Assembly: GCA_024402435.1 (NCBI GenBank)
Contig: JAKSTU010000007.1
Coordinates: forward strand, 2,819-66,818
From: Treponemataceae bacterium
Lineage (GTDB): Bacteria > Spirochaetota > Spirochaetia > Treponematales > Treponemataceae
DNA length: 64,000 bases
Direction of reading: 5' to 3'
Shown: in pieces, positions 16,906-26,889 of the stretch
Layout: each line of letters opens with the position of its first letter
Numbering within the stretch: the first letter of the stretch is position 1
The notes under the pieces: generated by a model
Told to the model about the DNA's origin: nothing
The model's input: the letters and a program-made list of their open reading frames with translations, nothing else
The model's database searches: none
Program-made: the position numbers and the translations under genes

Positions 16906-18822
16906 TTATTCTTCTGCGAAAGATCCTGTGTACAGTTTGTAATACTTGCCTTTCTGAGCAATCAGCTGATCGTGGTTTCCGCGCTCAATGATGCGTCCGT
17001 CTTCAAGAACAAGAATCATGTTTGCATTGCGTACTGTAGAAAGTCTGTGTGCAATTACAAAAACCGTGCGTCCCTGCATAAGGCTGTCCATACCTTTTTC
17101 AATCAGGGCCTCGGTTCGTGTATCAACTGAACTGGTTGCTTCATCCAGAATAAGAACCGGAGGATTTGCTACAGCTGCACGGGCAATGGCCAGAAGCTGC
17201 CGCTGTCCCTGACTCAGGTTGCCGCCGTTTCCTGTAATAACTGTGTCATAACCTTGGTTCAAGTGACGGATAAAATAATCCGCATTGGCAAGTTTTGCTG
17301 CGTTTTCAACTTCCGTCATGGATGCGTCTTCTTTTCCGAAGCGGATGTTTTCCGCAATGGTTCCTGTAAAAAGGTTTGTATCCTGAAGAACAATTCCCAA
17401 AGAGCGGCGCAAATCATCTTTTTTGATTTTGTTGATGTTTATGCCGTCAAAACGGATTTTGCTTCCGCCTTCTTCATCAGTCGAAGCATCGTAAAAACGG
17501 TTGATAAGGTTTGTAATCGTTGTTTTTCCGCTTCCTGTGGAACCTACCAGAGCAATCTTCTGACCGGGTTCTGCCGTCATTGTAATTTCATGAAGGACAG
17601 TTTTTTCAGGAACGTAACCGAATGTAACGTTGGAGAACTCCACATGGCCTTTAAGCTGGGTATAAGTTACGGTGCCGTCATGATGAGGGTGTTTCCATGC
17701 CCATTCACCTGTTGGAAGGAAAGCCTCTGCAATGCGGCCGTCTTTAAGAATGTTTGCATTGACCAGTGTAACATAACCTTCGTCAACTTCCGGTTTTTCG
17801 TCAATTACATTGAATACACGTTCAGCACCGGCCAAAGCGTTCAGCACGCTGTTGAAAAGCTGGGCAATCTGCGTAATCGGGTTCCTGAAAGTGCGCGAAT
17901 ATTCCAGGAAAGAAGCAATGCCACCGATTGTCATTCTGCCGGCAATAATCAGCATTACACCTGCCACCGCCGTGATTGCATAACTGATGTGTCCCATGTT
18001 GTTCATAAGGGGGCCCATAATGTTTGCAAGCGTGTTTGCTCTTGTACCCGATTCCTGAAGTCTGTCGTTCAGTTCACCGAATTCTTTGATGGCGTTGTTT
18101 TCATGGCAGAAAACCTTTACAACTTTCTGTCCTTCCATCATTTCTTCAATGAATCCGTTTACTTTTCCGATATTTTCCTGCTGTGCCCTGAAAGCTTTTG
18201 CAGAATGTTTACCTACAACAGCTGTCACCATAACCATTCCGACTGTGCAGACCAGTACCAGCAGCGTAAGTGCCGGACTCAGGCGCAGCATCATTACGAT
18301 ACAGGCCACAATTGTAAGCAGTGAAGAGAAAAGCTGCGGAACAACCTGACTCAGCATGTCGCGGATTGTGTCCGTATCGTTGGTAAAACGGCTCATCAGT
18401 TCACCATGGGTGTGAGTGTCAAAATAGCGGAGCGGAAGCTTCTCCAGGTGATTGAACAGATCTGTGCGGATCCGGTACAGAGTTTTTGACGAAATGTGCA
18501 GCATTATGCGGATGAATGCCCAGTTTGCAATGGCTCCCACTGCAAAAATGCAGAGCATTGTAATCAGCATGCTGATGAATCCTGACAGATCAGGGTTTTC
18601 CTGACCGATGAAAGGAATAATGTAATTGTTCAGAATGGGCTGCAGAAAGTATGAACTTGCAATGCTTGCCCCTGATGAAAGAATGATACAGAAACAGACA
18701 AAAGCAAGCAGAATCTTGTATTGTGCAAGATAACCCAAAAGTCTTCTGATAGTTTTTCCTGCATTTTTGGGTTTCTGCATCGGGCCGCCCCGGCCTCTTC
18801 CTCGTGGTCCTGGTCCTGGCAT
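16906..18822 (-). CDS. ABC transporter ATP-binding/permease protein (type-1 exporter half-transporter, subunit 2)
   Basis: Six-TM N-terminal domain, Walker A GSTGSGKTT, signature LSQGQRQLLAIARA and Walker B ILILDEATS. The start overlaps the upstream stop (TGATG). Confidence 0.93.
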   Translation of the reverse strand: MPGPGPRGRGRGGPMQKPKNAGKTIRRLLGYLAQYKILLAFVCFCIILSSGASIASSYFLQPILNNYIIPFIGQENPDLSGFISMLITMLCIFAVGAIANWAFIRIMLHISSKTLYRIRTDLFNHLEKLPLRYFDTHTHGELMSRFTNDTDTIRDMLSQVVPQLFSSLLTIVACIVMMLRLSPALTLLVLVCTVGMVMVTAVVGKHSAKAFRAQQENIGKVNGFIEEMMEGQKVVKVFCHENNAIKEFGELNDRLQESGTRANTLANIMGPLMNNMGHISYAITAVAGVMLIIAGRMTIGGIASFLEYSRTFRNPITQIAQLFNSVLNALAGAERVFNVIDEKPEVDEGYVTLVNANILKDGRIAEAFLPTGEWAWKHPHHDGTVTYTQLKGHVEFSNVTFGYVPEKTVLHEITMTAEPGQKIALVGSTGSGKTTITNLINRFYDASTDEEGGSKIRFDGININKIKKDDLRRSLGIVLQDTNLFTGTIAENIRFGKEDASMTEVENAAKLANADYFIRHLNQGYDTVITGNGGNLSQGQRQLLAIARAAVANPPVLILDEATSSVDTRTEALIEKGMDSLMQGRTVFVIAHRLSTVRNANMILVLEDGRIIERGNHDQLIAQKGKYYKLYTGSFAEE

Positions 18823-20612
18823 CAGCGGGCCTCCTTTGTCTGATTTTCTGCTTCGGCAGAATCTCCTGCGCCGTCAAAGTCACTGCCTTTCTGCTGTGAC
18901 TCATAAACTTCGCGATAGACTGCATTGTTCTCAAGCAGCTGTTCGTGTGTTCCGCAGCCTGAAATCTGTCCTTCTTCCAGAACAAAAATCTTGTCCGCGT
19001 CTTTTACTGATGTAATGCGCTGTGCAATGATGATTTTGGTCGTGAGAGGCAATGTGTTCCTGAGCCCCTCGCGGATTGACGCGTCTGTAGCCGTATCAAC
19101 TGCGGAAGTGCTGTCGTCCAGAATCAGAATTTTCGGCTTTTTGAGCAAAGCGCGTGCAATACAAAGACGCTGCTTCTGACCGCCTGAAAGGTTTACGCCG
19201 CCCTGACCAAGTTCCGTATCGTAACCGTTTGGAAGTGTTTCAACAAAACCGTGTGCGCAGGCGGTGCGGCATGCTTCTTCAATCTGGGCATCCGTAGCTT
19301 CGGGATTTCCCCAGCGGAGATTGTCACGTATTGTTCCTGAGAAAAGAACGTTTTTCTGCAGAACCATTGCAACATCATTGCGGAGTGCTTCGGGAGAATA
19401 GGTTTTTACGTCTTCGCCGCCAACTTTTACTGTTCCTGAAAGTGTATCGTAAAGGCGCGGAATAAGAGATACGAGCGTGGTTTTGCTTGAACCGGTGCTT
19501 CCCACGATTCCGACTGTTTCCCCGCTGTTTATATGCAGTGAAATGTTTCTTAGAACTGCAGTTTCTTCCTGTTTGTTGTAACTGAAAGAAACGTTTTCAA
19601 AATCGATTGAACCGTCTTTCGGACCTGCAGAAGAAGGATTTTCCGGTGCCTTGATGTCAATTTCTTCGTCCAGTACTTCAACAATACGGCCGATGCTTGC
19701 TCTTGAAAGAACGAACATTACGAACATCATGCTGAACATCATCAGCGACATGAGAATCTGTGTGCCGTAAGTTATGAAGCTTATCAGCTCACCTGTCTTC
19801 ATTGAGCCGATGATGATCTGGTTTCCGCCGAACCACAGGAGCGCAATCAGCGAAAGATACATTACCATTGTCATGACAGGGAAGTTGATGATTACAAGAC
19901 GTTCTGCCTTTACCTGCGCATCACGGACTGCATCGGCAGCACGTTCAAACTTTGCGCGTTCATTGTCTTCGCGGACAAAAGCTTTTACGGCGCGAATCCC
20001 GGTAAGGTTTTCCTGAACTTTTGAGTTCAGGTTGTCGTAGTTTTTCATCATTGTCTGAAAGCGGGGAAACGCCTTTGTCATGATGAGCGCTGCCGGAATT
20101 GCCAGAAGCGGAATCGCCACCAGATAAATCAGGGCAACTTTCGCATTGATGTGAAAACTCATTGCAATGGCACTGATGAACATGAAGGGGGAACGGACGC
20201 ACATGCGGATTACAGCGGAATATGTGTTCTGAGTGTTGGTAACGTCAGAAGTCAGGCGTGTAACCAAAGAAGCGGTACTGAATTTGTCAACATTGGCAAA
20301 AGAGAATTGCTGAACCTTTGCAAAAAGTTTTCTTCGAAGATTGTGTGAAAAACCTTGGGATGCAACTGAAGCAAAACGACCTGCAAGGACACCTGCAGTA
20401 AGTGACAGAAGAGCCGCGCCCACCATCAGGAGCCCGACTTTGATTACGTAACCGGCATCACTGTTTGCAATGCCTACATCGATGATTTTTGCCATGACAA
20501 GGGGAATGAGCACTTCAAGTACAACCTCGCCCATGACAGAAACAGGAGCAAGAAAGGTGCTGATTATGTAGCGCTTTTCAAGTCCTTCCGTGAGTTTTTT
20601 TAGTGTGGACAT
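18822..20612 (-). CDS. ABC transporter ATP-binding/permease protein (type-1 exporter half-transporter, subunit 1)
   Basis: Start taken at MSTLKKLTEGLEKRY (ATG 20612), the family-typical N-terminus. Walker A GSTGSSKTT, signature LSGGQKQRLCIARA and Walker B ILILDDSTS. Confidence 0.9.
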   Translation of the reverse strand: MSTLKKLTEGLEKRYIISTFLAPVSVMGEVVLEVLIPLVMAKIIDVGIANSDAGYVIKVGLLMVGAALLSLTAGVLAGRFASVASQGFSHNLRRKLFAKVQQFSFANVDKFSTASLVTRLTSDVTNTQNTYSAVIRMCVRSPFMFISAIAMSFHINAKVALIYLVAIPLLAIPAALIMTKAFPRFQTMMKNYDNLNSKVQENLTGIRAVKAFVREDNERAKFERAADAVRDAQVKAERLVIINFPVMTMVMYLSLIALLWFGGNQIIIGSMKTGELISFITYGTQILMSLMMFSMMFVMFVLSRASIGRIVEVLDEEIDIKAPENPSSAGPKDGSIDFENVSFSYNKQEETAVLRNISLHINSGETVGIVGSTGSSKTTLVSLIPRLYDTLSGTVKVGGEDVKTYSPEALRNDVAMVLQKNVLFSGTIRDNLRWGNPEATDAQIEEACRTACAHGFVETLPNGYDTELGQGGVNLSGGQKQRLCIARALLKKPKILILDDSTSAVDTATDASIREGLRNTLPLTTKIIIAQRITSVKDADKIFVLEEGQISGCGTHEQLLENNAVYREVYESQQKGSDFDGAGDSAEAENQTKEAR

Positions 20613-20811
20613 GCTTATAATATGGAAAGAAAAATGCAGAAATTCAAGAAAAAAAAGACCTGAATTTGCCGAATTCGGATTTGTGTTGTAAATTATCAGG
20701 GCATCTTTCGCAATCCCGATGCACACAGTCCGCAGACCACCGACAAAGCGGTGTCTCTATGCAGCGGATGTCTGATGAATTCGGGATATTTTGCATTTCC
20801 GGGGAATTTTG

Positions 20812-21762
20812 ATGAATGTTGTTCTGATTGTCTTTCTTGTACTGATTTTAATTCTTGCCGCAGTTTTTGCCTCCGTGTATTTCTTTCAGTTTGTGCCCAG
20901 CATCCGACGCAGACCCAGCGGTCCTCTTGTAGATGAATATCTTGAAAAAATGGGATTCAAGGATCTGGTTGAAGAAGGGGCTGCCTGGTTCAAATCTCAG
21001 AATCCGAGAGAAGTTCATGTAAAATCCTTTGACGGTCTCAATCTGGTTGCTGATTTTCTTCCCTGTCCTGATGCGAAGGGATCCATTCTTCTGATGCACG
21101 GTTATCATGGTTTCGGGCTCAAGGACTTTGCCGCTGTCGTCAGGTTCTTTCATGAGCAGAAACTGAATGTTCTTGTGCCGGATCAGCGCAGTCACGGCAG
21201 AAGTCAGGGTAAAAACATCACTTACGGAATCCGGGAGCGCAAAGATGTTCTGTCATGGCTGAATCTGCTCAATTCAGAGCTGGTGCCGCCCGCCGTTGAC
21301 GGAAAACTGCTGCCTGTGTTCATGGACGGCATTTCCATGGGATGCGCCACCGTCGTAATGTCATTGGGGCTTGATCTGCCTTCAAATGTAAGAGGCTGTA
21401 TTGCAGACTGCGGCTTTACAAGTCCATACGAAATAATCTGTCATGTCCTGAAAAACATGATGCACCTGCCTTACTTCCCGATTATTCCGGTTGCCCGTGT
21501 CCTCTGCAAAGTGGCGGGCGGCTTCGGCATGAAAGAGTATTCTACGTTTGAAGCGCTCAAAAACAGCACTGTGCCCATGCTTTTCGTACATGGCGGCGCC
21601 GATGATTTTGTTCCCACCGAAATGAGCATCCGCAATTACGAAGCCTGTACCGCACCGAAAAAACTTGTAATAGTGGAGGGCGCCTCACACGCCATGAGCT
21701 ATCTGACGGACACAGCCCGGTGTCAGCAGGAACTTGAGGCTTTCATCGCGGAAAACTGCTGA
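20812..21762 (+). CDS. membrane-anchored alpha/beta hydrolase
   Basis: N-terminal TM MNVVLIVFLVLILILAAVFASVYFF. Nucleophile elbow GISMG. HGGADDFVP and a later ASH are consistent with a Ser-Asp-His triad. Confidence 0.8.
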   Translation: MNVVLIVFLVLILILAAVFASVYFFQFVPSIRRRPSGPLVDEYLEKMGFKDLVEEGAAWFKSQNPREVHVKSFDGLNLVADFLPCPDAKGSILLMHGYHGFGLKDFAAVVRFFHEQKLNVLVPDQRSHGRSQGKNITYGIRERKDVLSWLNLLNSELVPPAVDGKLLPVFMDGISMGCATVVMSLGLDLPSNVRGCIADCGFTSPYEIICHVLKNMMHLPYFPIIPVARVLCKVAGGFGMKEYSTFEALKNSTVPMLFVHGGADDFVPTEMSIRNYEACTAPKKLVIVEGASHAMSYLTDTARCQQELEAFIAENC

Positions 21763-21782
21763 GAAAACTTGACCGGCTCTGT

Positions 21783-21936
21783 CACACCCAGTCTGCCCGA
21801 TTGCGTAAACCGGGAAGAAAGGCAGCGACTGCCAAAAACACTCGCAAGGAGGAATGATAGTTTCCTTACCACCTTGCGCGTGTAGCGACGCTGGCTAGCG
21901 GTTTTGGCAGTTGCGGACTGACTGGTAGTGTTTTTT
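21783..21936 (+). other. long imperfect rod-like hairpin (about 150 nt) ending in a T-run: complex or bidirectional terminator, or a structured sRNA candidate
   Basis: Nested pairings: CACACCCAGTCTGCC with GGACTGACTGGTAGTG, GCGACTGCCAAAAAC with GTTTTGGCAGTTGC, and CACTCGCAAGG with CCTTGCGCGTG. The apical stem is AGGAA/TTCCT. TTTTTT is at 21931-21936. Confidence 0.5.
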
Positions 21937-21974
21937 AGTTTGATTCAGATTCTGTCCGTGTGGGGATAATCCCG

Positions 21975-23129
21975 TTATTTTACATAGACATTGGGATCGT
22001 TTGCGGTGCCCAGAGTGAGCTTTGTCGCAATGTACCAATCAGCTTTTCCGGCACCTGCGGGGCGTACAGAATCTGATCCGTCTTTGTCAAAGCCTGCCGC
22101 CAGTTCAACAAGGCCTGCCCGGTTCAAAGCCTTTGCCGCTGTGGCATTGTCAGCAAAAAAAGCGCTGTCAGGTAAGAATCCGTCAGCCCATGCACCGCAT
22201 TCCGCTGCTTCCTTCGCCGCTTCAACAAGCATGTCATTTTTCCACTCTGTCATGTCAGATTTTGCGTATATAAGTGCATCCTTCGGTTTTTCACCGGCCC
22301 GGTCTTTAAGCATCAGAATGCCGTAATCCCCGATCAGTTTGTCGTCCCCGGGATAATACAAGTCCCAGGCTTCAGCAGAACTGTCAGGATAAGTGCAGCC
22401 GGCTTTGTCATCAGTTTCGTCAATGCAGGCTTCTTCATCCTTTGTACGCAGATGCAGCACCACATAATCGCCGGCTTTGACATTCAGAGAAGGAAATACA
22501 TACTCCGTGTCATGTTTGTCATAGCACATGCGAAGTTCCATTCCCGCAAGGTTTCCGTCTGTCAGCGCAAGCAGCTCAACTGCTTCAGAACGTGTGTACT
22601 TGATTTTGTTTACTGTGAGTGTTCCTGTTTTCGTAAGGACTTCACTCAGAACCATTACAGGAACATTTGCATTGTAACCGGAAAAACCGGCCGAAAAACG
22701 CAGAGAATTACCTTTGTCATCTGTGGCTGTTGCGCTGAGAACATAATCAGTTCCGACAACTGTCGGTTCTTTCAGAGTGATTTCATAGACAGTTTTTTCA
22801 GAATCAATTCTCTGTTTTTCAGAACCTGGTTCTGCTGCGGCCGGCGAACAGCTTTCCACTGAGCTTGCAAGAAAATCTTCTTCCGTTGCAGTTGCCGGAG
22901 CAACATGAATGTCAGACAAAGAAACACTGCCGGAAAATTCCAGAAGTACCGCATCATCTCCACGGACTGTCAGACCGAGAAAACAGGGCGTTGAAAAATC
23001 ACCTCCGAGAACAGAAGCACCCTGTGAAGGCAGTGCGCAACCTGCATTAAAACAAGGAAAACACACCAGAAAAGCCAGGGTCAGCGTAATCACTGATTTC
23101 TGCACGAAAAGTTTTGTAGTCAATTTCAA
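21975..23129 (-). CDS. lipoprotein with a lamin-tail-domain-like region (hypothetical)
   Basis: AGGAGG-N6-TTG start at 23129 gives (M)KLTTKLFVQKSVITLTLAFLVCFPCFNAGC, a lipobox. An LTD-like stretch is VMVLSEV...AVELLALTDGNLAGMEL...VKAGDYVVLHL. The track's longer ORF translates a T-tract region. Confidence 0.65.
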   Translation of the reverse strand: MKLTTKLFVQKSVITLTLAFLVCFPCFNAGCALPSQGASVLGGDFSTPCFLGLTVRGDDAVLLEFSGSVSLSDIHVAPATATEEDFLASSVESCSPAAAEPGSEKQRIDSEKTVYEITLKEPTVVGTDYVLSATATDDKGNSLRFSAGFSGYNANVPVMVLSEVLTKTGTLTVNKIKYTRSEAVELLALTDGNLAGMELRMCYDKHDTEYVFPSLNVKAGDYVVLHLRTKDEEACIDETDDKAGCTYPDSSAEAWDLYYPGDDKLIGDYGILMLKDRAGEKPKDALIYAKSDMTEWKNDMLVEAAKEAAECGAWADGFLPDSAFFADNATAAKALNRAGLVELAAGFDKDGSDSVRPAGAGKADWYIATKLTLGTANDPNVYVK

Positions 23130-23171
23130 AATAAAACCTCCTGATTTGAAAATCACTACAAATTCTTTTAT

Positions 23172-23230
23172 GAAAAAAGTTGAAAAAAAATCAAAAAATC
23201 CGGAAAAAAAACGGGAAAAAATCAAAAAAA
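23172..23230 (-). promoter_or_regulatory. phased T-tract array upstream of the lipoprotein gene, same core as 12701-12766
   Basis: The minus strand reads CACTTTTTTTGATTTTTTCCCGTTTTTTTTCCGGATTTTTTGATTTTTTTTCAAC. Confidence 0.6.
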
Positions 23231-23350
23231 GTGAATGTGGAATCAGTCTGCCTTGCCGGGACTTCATTCTGAAATAAAAGCCTATTGCCGATGATTTGAT
23301 ATATTGGTATATTTTTATAGATTTCATTCAGGAATTTAAGGAGTTTTCCT

Positions 23351-24616
23351 ATGATTAAGACAGTAAAAGACATTGATCTCAAAGGCAAACGCATTGTAAT
23401 GCGTGTTGATTTTAACGTTCCCATGAAAGACGGCGTTGTTCAGGATGACACACGCATCATGGCAGCTCTTCCTACAATCAAATACATTGTTGAGCAGAAT
23501 CCCCGTTCTCTGGTTCTCATGAGCCACCTGGGAGATCCCAAAAAAGACGTAAAAAAAGCACAGGAAAAAGCAGAAAAAGCCGGAAAAACATGGACTGATG
23601 CAGATGCAGAAAAGTTCATCAACGGCAAAAACCGTCTGGAACCTGTTGTAAAATATTTTGCTGAAAAACTCGGCAAAGAAGTTGTTTTCCTCCCCGACGC
23701 ACTGGGACAGAAAGCAGCAATTGACGCTCTGCCCGAAGGCGGAATCGCAATGCTGGAAAACACACGTTTCCACAAAGAAGAAACATCAAAAGACGGTGCA
23801 GAACGCGACGTAATGGCAAAAGAACTTGCTACATACGGTGATATTTTCGTAAACGACGCATTCGGAACAGCACACCGCGACCACGCTTCAACAGCTTCCA
23901 TCTCAAAATTCCTGTCAACTTCAGTCGGCGGATTCCTGATGGAAAAAGAAGTAAAATACATTGAACCCATGGTAACTTCTCCTGCAAAACCCATGACAGC
24001 TATCATCGGCGGTGCAAAAGTTTCTTCAAAAATTGCGGTTCTCGAAAGCCTGCTCAAAAACGCATCAACACTGATTATCGGCGGTGGTATGGCTTACACA
24101 TTCCTGAAAGCTCAGGGACATTCAATCGGAAAATCACTGGTTGAAGACGATTTTATCGAAACAGCAACAAACCTGCTCAAAGCTGCTGACGAAAAAGGTG
24201 TAAAAATCCTTCTTCCCGTTGACCACGTTGCAGCTGCAGAATTTGCAGACAAAGATCCTGTTGCAGTTGATGCAATTGACCTGCCTGCAGATCTGATGGG
24301 TATGGACGTTGGACCCAAAACTGTTGCTCTCTACAAAGAAGCAATTCTTGCATCAAAATCAATCGTATGGAACGGCCCAGTCGGTGTATTCGAATTCGAA
24401 AACTTCGCAAAGGGAACTTCTGAAGTTGCTCACCTGGTTGCAGAAGCAACTGGAAAAGGTGCAATGAGCGTTGTTGGTGGCGGTGACTCTGTTGCTGCTG
24501 TAAACAAGTTTAACCTTGCAAGCAAGATGAGCCACGTTTCAACAGGTGGTGGCGCATCACTGGAATTCCTGGAAGGAAAAACTTTGCCAGGTATCGCCTG
24601 TCTGGAGCAGAAATAA
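23351..24616 (+). CDS. pgk: phosphoglycerate kinase
   Basis: AAGGAG RBS. N-terminus MIKTVKDIDLKGKRIVMRVDFNVPMKDG. RFHKEE and GGGDS motifs. Confidence 0.97.
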   Translation: MIKTVKDIDLKGKRIVMRVDFNVPMKDGVVQDDTRIMAALPTIKYIVEQNPRSLVLMSHLGDPKKDVKKAQEKAEKAGKTWTDADAEKFINGKNRLEPVVKYFAEKLGKEVVFLPDALGQKAAIDALPEGGIAMLENTRFHKEETSKDGAERDVMAKELATYGDIFVNDAFGTAHRDHASTASISKFLSTSVGGFLMEKEVKYIEPMVTSPAKPMTAIIGGAKVSSKIAVLESLLKNASTLIIGGGMAYTFLKAQGHSIGKSLVEDDFIETATNLLKAADEKGVKILLPVDHVAAAEFADKDPVAVDAIDLPADLMGMDVGPKTVALYKEAILASKSIVWNGPVGVFEFENFAKGTSEVAHLVAEATGKGAMSVVGGGDSVAAVNKFNLASKMSHVSTGGGASLEFLEGKTLPGIACLEQK

Positions 24617-24681
24617 CAAACTGTAACAGCGCGCGGGTTTTGTGCAAGCAAAACCCGTTAAGGTGGGCAGAGCCCGCAGAC

Positions 24682-24714
24682 AAGCCGTTTTCTTTTGAGA
24701 ACGGCTTTTTTTTT
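24682..24714 (+). terminator. rho-independent terminator after pgk
   Basis: AGCCGTT...AACGGCT stem followed by T9 (24706-24714). A second hairpin CGGGTTTTG/CAAAACCCG is at 24634-24657. Confidence 0.85.
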
Positions 24715-24773
24715 GTCCTGACAAACTTTTCCCCTCTATGCTAGGACTTTCTTGCATGATATGATTCCTTCAA

Positions 24774-26519
24774 ATGACAACCCGACTTCCGCTTTTATTG
24801 TGCACAACCCTGCTCATAGAAACTTCTCCTCAGGCTCTGCCACTTGGTGCCGCCTGCGTTGCAAGTGCAATAAAAAACGATTCCCGTACCAAAAATCTTT
24901 TTGATGTCCGTCTTGTCCACATAAGCCGTGAAGAATCAGGTTTTCCTTCTCAAGACAAGAATGCTTCCGGAGTGTTTGTTGCTGAGCGGATTGCGGAATA
25001 TGCCAAAAACTGCGGAGATTCTTTCAAGTATTGTGCCTTCAGTGTGTACATGTGGAACCGCGCAGAACTGGAAGAAGCTGCCGGAATCCTGAAGAAACAG
25101 TTTCCCGGACTGATTACGGTGGCCGGTGGTCCTGAAGTCACTGCAAATCCCCATTCTTTTGTCAACTTTGACTACACCGTTGCCGGAGAAGGCGAAGTCT
25201 CCGTTCCTGAACTTTTTGCATTGCTTGAAAAACAGAATCATCCGGATTCTGATGCTTTGCAGAATCTTCCTCAAGGTGTTTTCAGAAACGGAATCATTCC
25301 GGCTGAGTCTTCGGCAGCAGCCCGTTCTTTTCCCCCTGATTTGAATACCCTTTCTTCACCTTATCTTGACGGAACCCTTGATGTTGCAGAATTCGGCGGC
25401 GCACTTTGGGAACTTGCCAGAGGCTGTCCTTTCAAATGTTCATATTGCTATGAATCCCGCGGTGAAAAAAAAGTCCGCTATTTTCCCATGGAACGGATTG
25501 AAAAAGAATTGGATCTGTTCAACAGCAAAAAAATCAGTCAGGTTTTCGTACTTGATCCCACATACAACGCCAGCAAAAAAAGAGCATTGGAACTTCTGCG
25601 GCTCATAGAGAAAAAAGCTCCGGGAATGTTCTTCTATTTTGAAGCCCGTGCAGAATTCATTGACCGGGAACTTGCCGCCGCTTTCACCCGGATTCCCTGT
25701 GCGCTCCAGTTCGGCTTGCAGAGTGCGGATCCCGAAGTCCTAAAACATGTGAACCGCACATTGGACAAAAAACTGTTTGTGCGGAATGTAGGTTATCTTA
25801 ACGAAGCGGGCGCAGTTTTCGGCTTTGACCTGATTTATGGGCTTCCGAAAGACAATCTGGAAGGTTTTCGGCGCAGTGTTGATTTTGCACTGAATCTTTA
25901 CCCCAACAATCTGGAAACTTTCTGTCTTGCTGTGCTTCCGGGAACAGCCCTTGCAGAAAAAGCCGCAGAACTTGGTCTTGTATGGCAGCAGGAACCGCCG
26001 TATCTTGTTCAGTCTTCAGACACTTTTTCCGCCTCGGATTTGGACAAGGCAAGAAAAATAAGTGACAATCTGAATCTGTTTTACAATCAGGGGCGGGCAG
26101 TTCCATGGTTCAAATCCGTGTGCGATGCACTGCATGTGCGGCCTGTCGTACTGATTGAAGAATTCGGGGCATGGAGGGCGCGGCAGAAAATTTTTGCAGC
26201 ACAGAGTCCGTCACACGAAACAGTTGAACAGATGCAGCTGGACTTTCTGCAGCAGCTTTTTGATTCCCGCGGAAAAAAAGCGCTTTGGCCTGCAGCAAAC
26301 AGCATAATCCGGTTCAACGGCGCACTTTCCCGTGTGGAATCGGACGGCCGCGCCCAGACTGTAAAGCTTCTCTTCCACCCTGATGATCTTGCGACGCCCT
26401 ATGCCTCTGACATTCAGTTTTTTGCAAAAAACTGCCGCCAGTATCCTTGTTCTGTCCAGTGTTTTTCCGGAAAAAACGGCCCTGACTGGAAAATTGTTCC
26501 GGCGCACAAAAGCAGATGA
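24774..26519 (+). CDS. B12-binding domain / radical SAM protein (DUF4080-type C-terminus)
   Basis: Radical SAM cluster motif RGCPFKCSYCYE (CxxxCxxC), an N-terminal cobalamin-binding-like region and a long C-terminal extension. Confidence 0.85.
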   Translation: MTTRLPLLLCTTLLIETSPQALPLGAACVASAIKNDSRTKNLFDVRLVHISREESGFPSQDKNASGVFVAERIAEYAKNCGDSFKYCAFSVYMWNRAELEEAAGILKKQFPGLITVAGGPEVTANPHSFVNFDYTVAGEGEVSVPELFALLEKQNHPDSDALQNLPQGVFRNGIIPAESSAAARSFPPDLNTLSSPYLDGTLDVAEFGGALWELARGCPFKCSYCYESRGEKKVRYFPMERIEKELDLFNSKKISQVFVLDPTYNASKKRALELLRLIEKKAPGMFFYFEARAEFIDRELAAAFTRIPCALQFGLQSADPEVLKHVNRTLDKKLFVRNVGYLNEAGAVFGFDLIYGLPKDNLEGFRRSVDFALNLYPNNLETFCLAVLPGTALAEKAAELGLVWQQEPPYLVQSSDTFSASDLDKARKISDNLNLFYNQGRAVPWFKSVCDALHVRPVVLIEEFGAWRARQKIFAAQSPSHETVEQMQLDFLQQLFDSRGKKALWPAANSIIRFNGALSRVESDGRAQTVKLLFHPDDLATPYASDIQFFAKNCRQYPCSVQCFSGKNGPDWKIVPAHKSR

Positions 26520-26549
26520 GCAGATGATTTTTCAGTTTCTGAAAAAAAA

Positions 26550-26574
26550 CAGCCTGAAAAAACTTTTCAGGCTG
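26550..26574. terminator. perfect 11-bp hairpin; the T-run lies on the minus strand only
   Basis: CAGCCTGAAAA-AAC-TTTTCAGGCTG preceded by A8 (26542-26549). It could serve the radical SAM gene on the plus strand without a U-tract. Confidence 0.45.
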
Positions 26575-26889
26575 CCAAAAGGAGAGGAGGAAAACACAGA
26601 AAAAAACTGTATTGCTTCATCATAGCTATCCTGTAAACCACTTTGTACTGATCCGGTTACAAAAAAAATCAAAAAAAACAAATAATAATCAGATTAAAAA
26701 GATGAAAACATATTGACAGGTTTTGCCCCCTGAAAAAGAAAAATTTTCCTTTCTCCGAAAAAAAAAGAATTTGTCCGTACCCTGATAGTAGAACTTATTG
26801 AATTTTTGCTTTTGTATAATATATAATCACTCGATTGTGAGCCGTAAAATTTTTTTATTGGTGAACGTAATTTTTTTTTGGAGGAAGCA

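Noticed and set aside
17254-18324. 356-aa plus-strand ORF.
   Set aside because: It is antisense to the ABC exporter gene, whose Walker and signature motifs are unambiguous. The Cys/Phe-rich translation is typical of an antisense frame.
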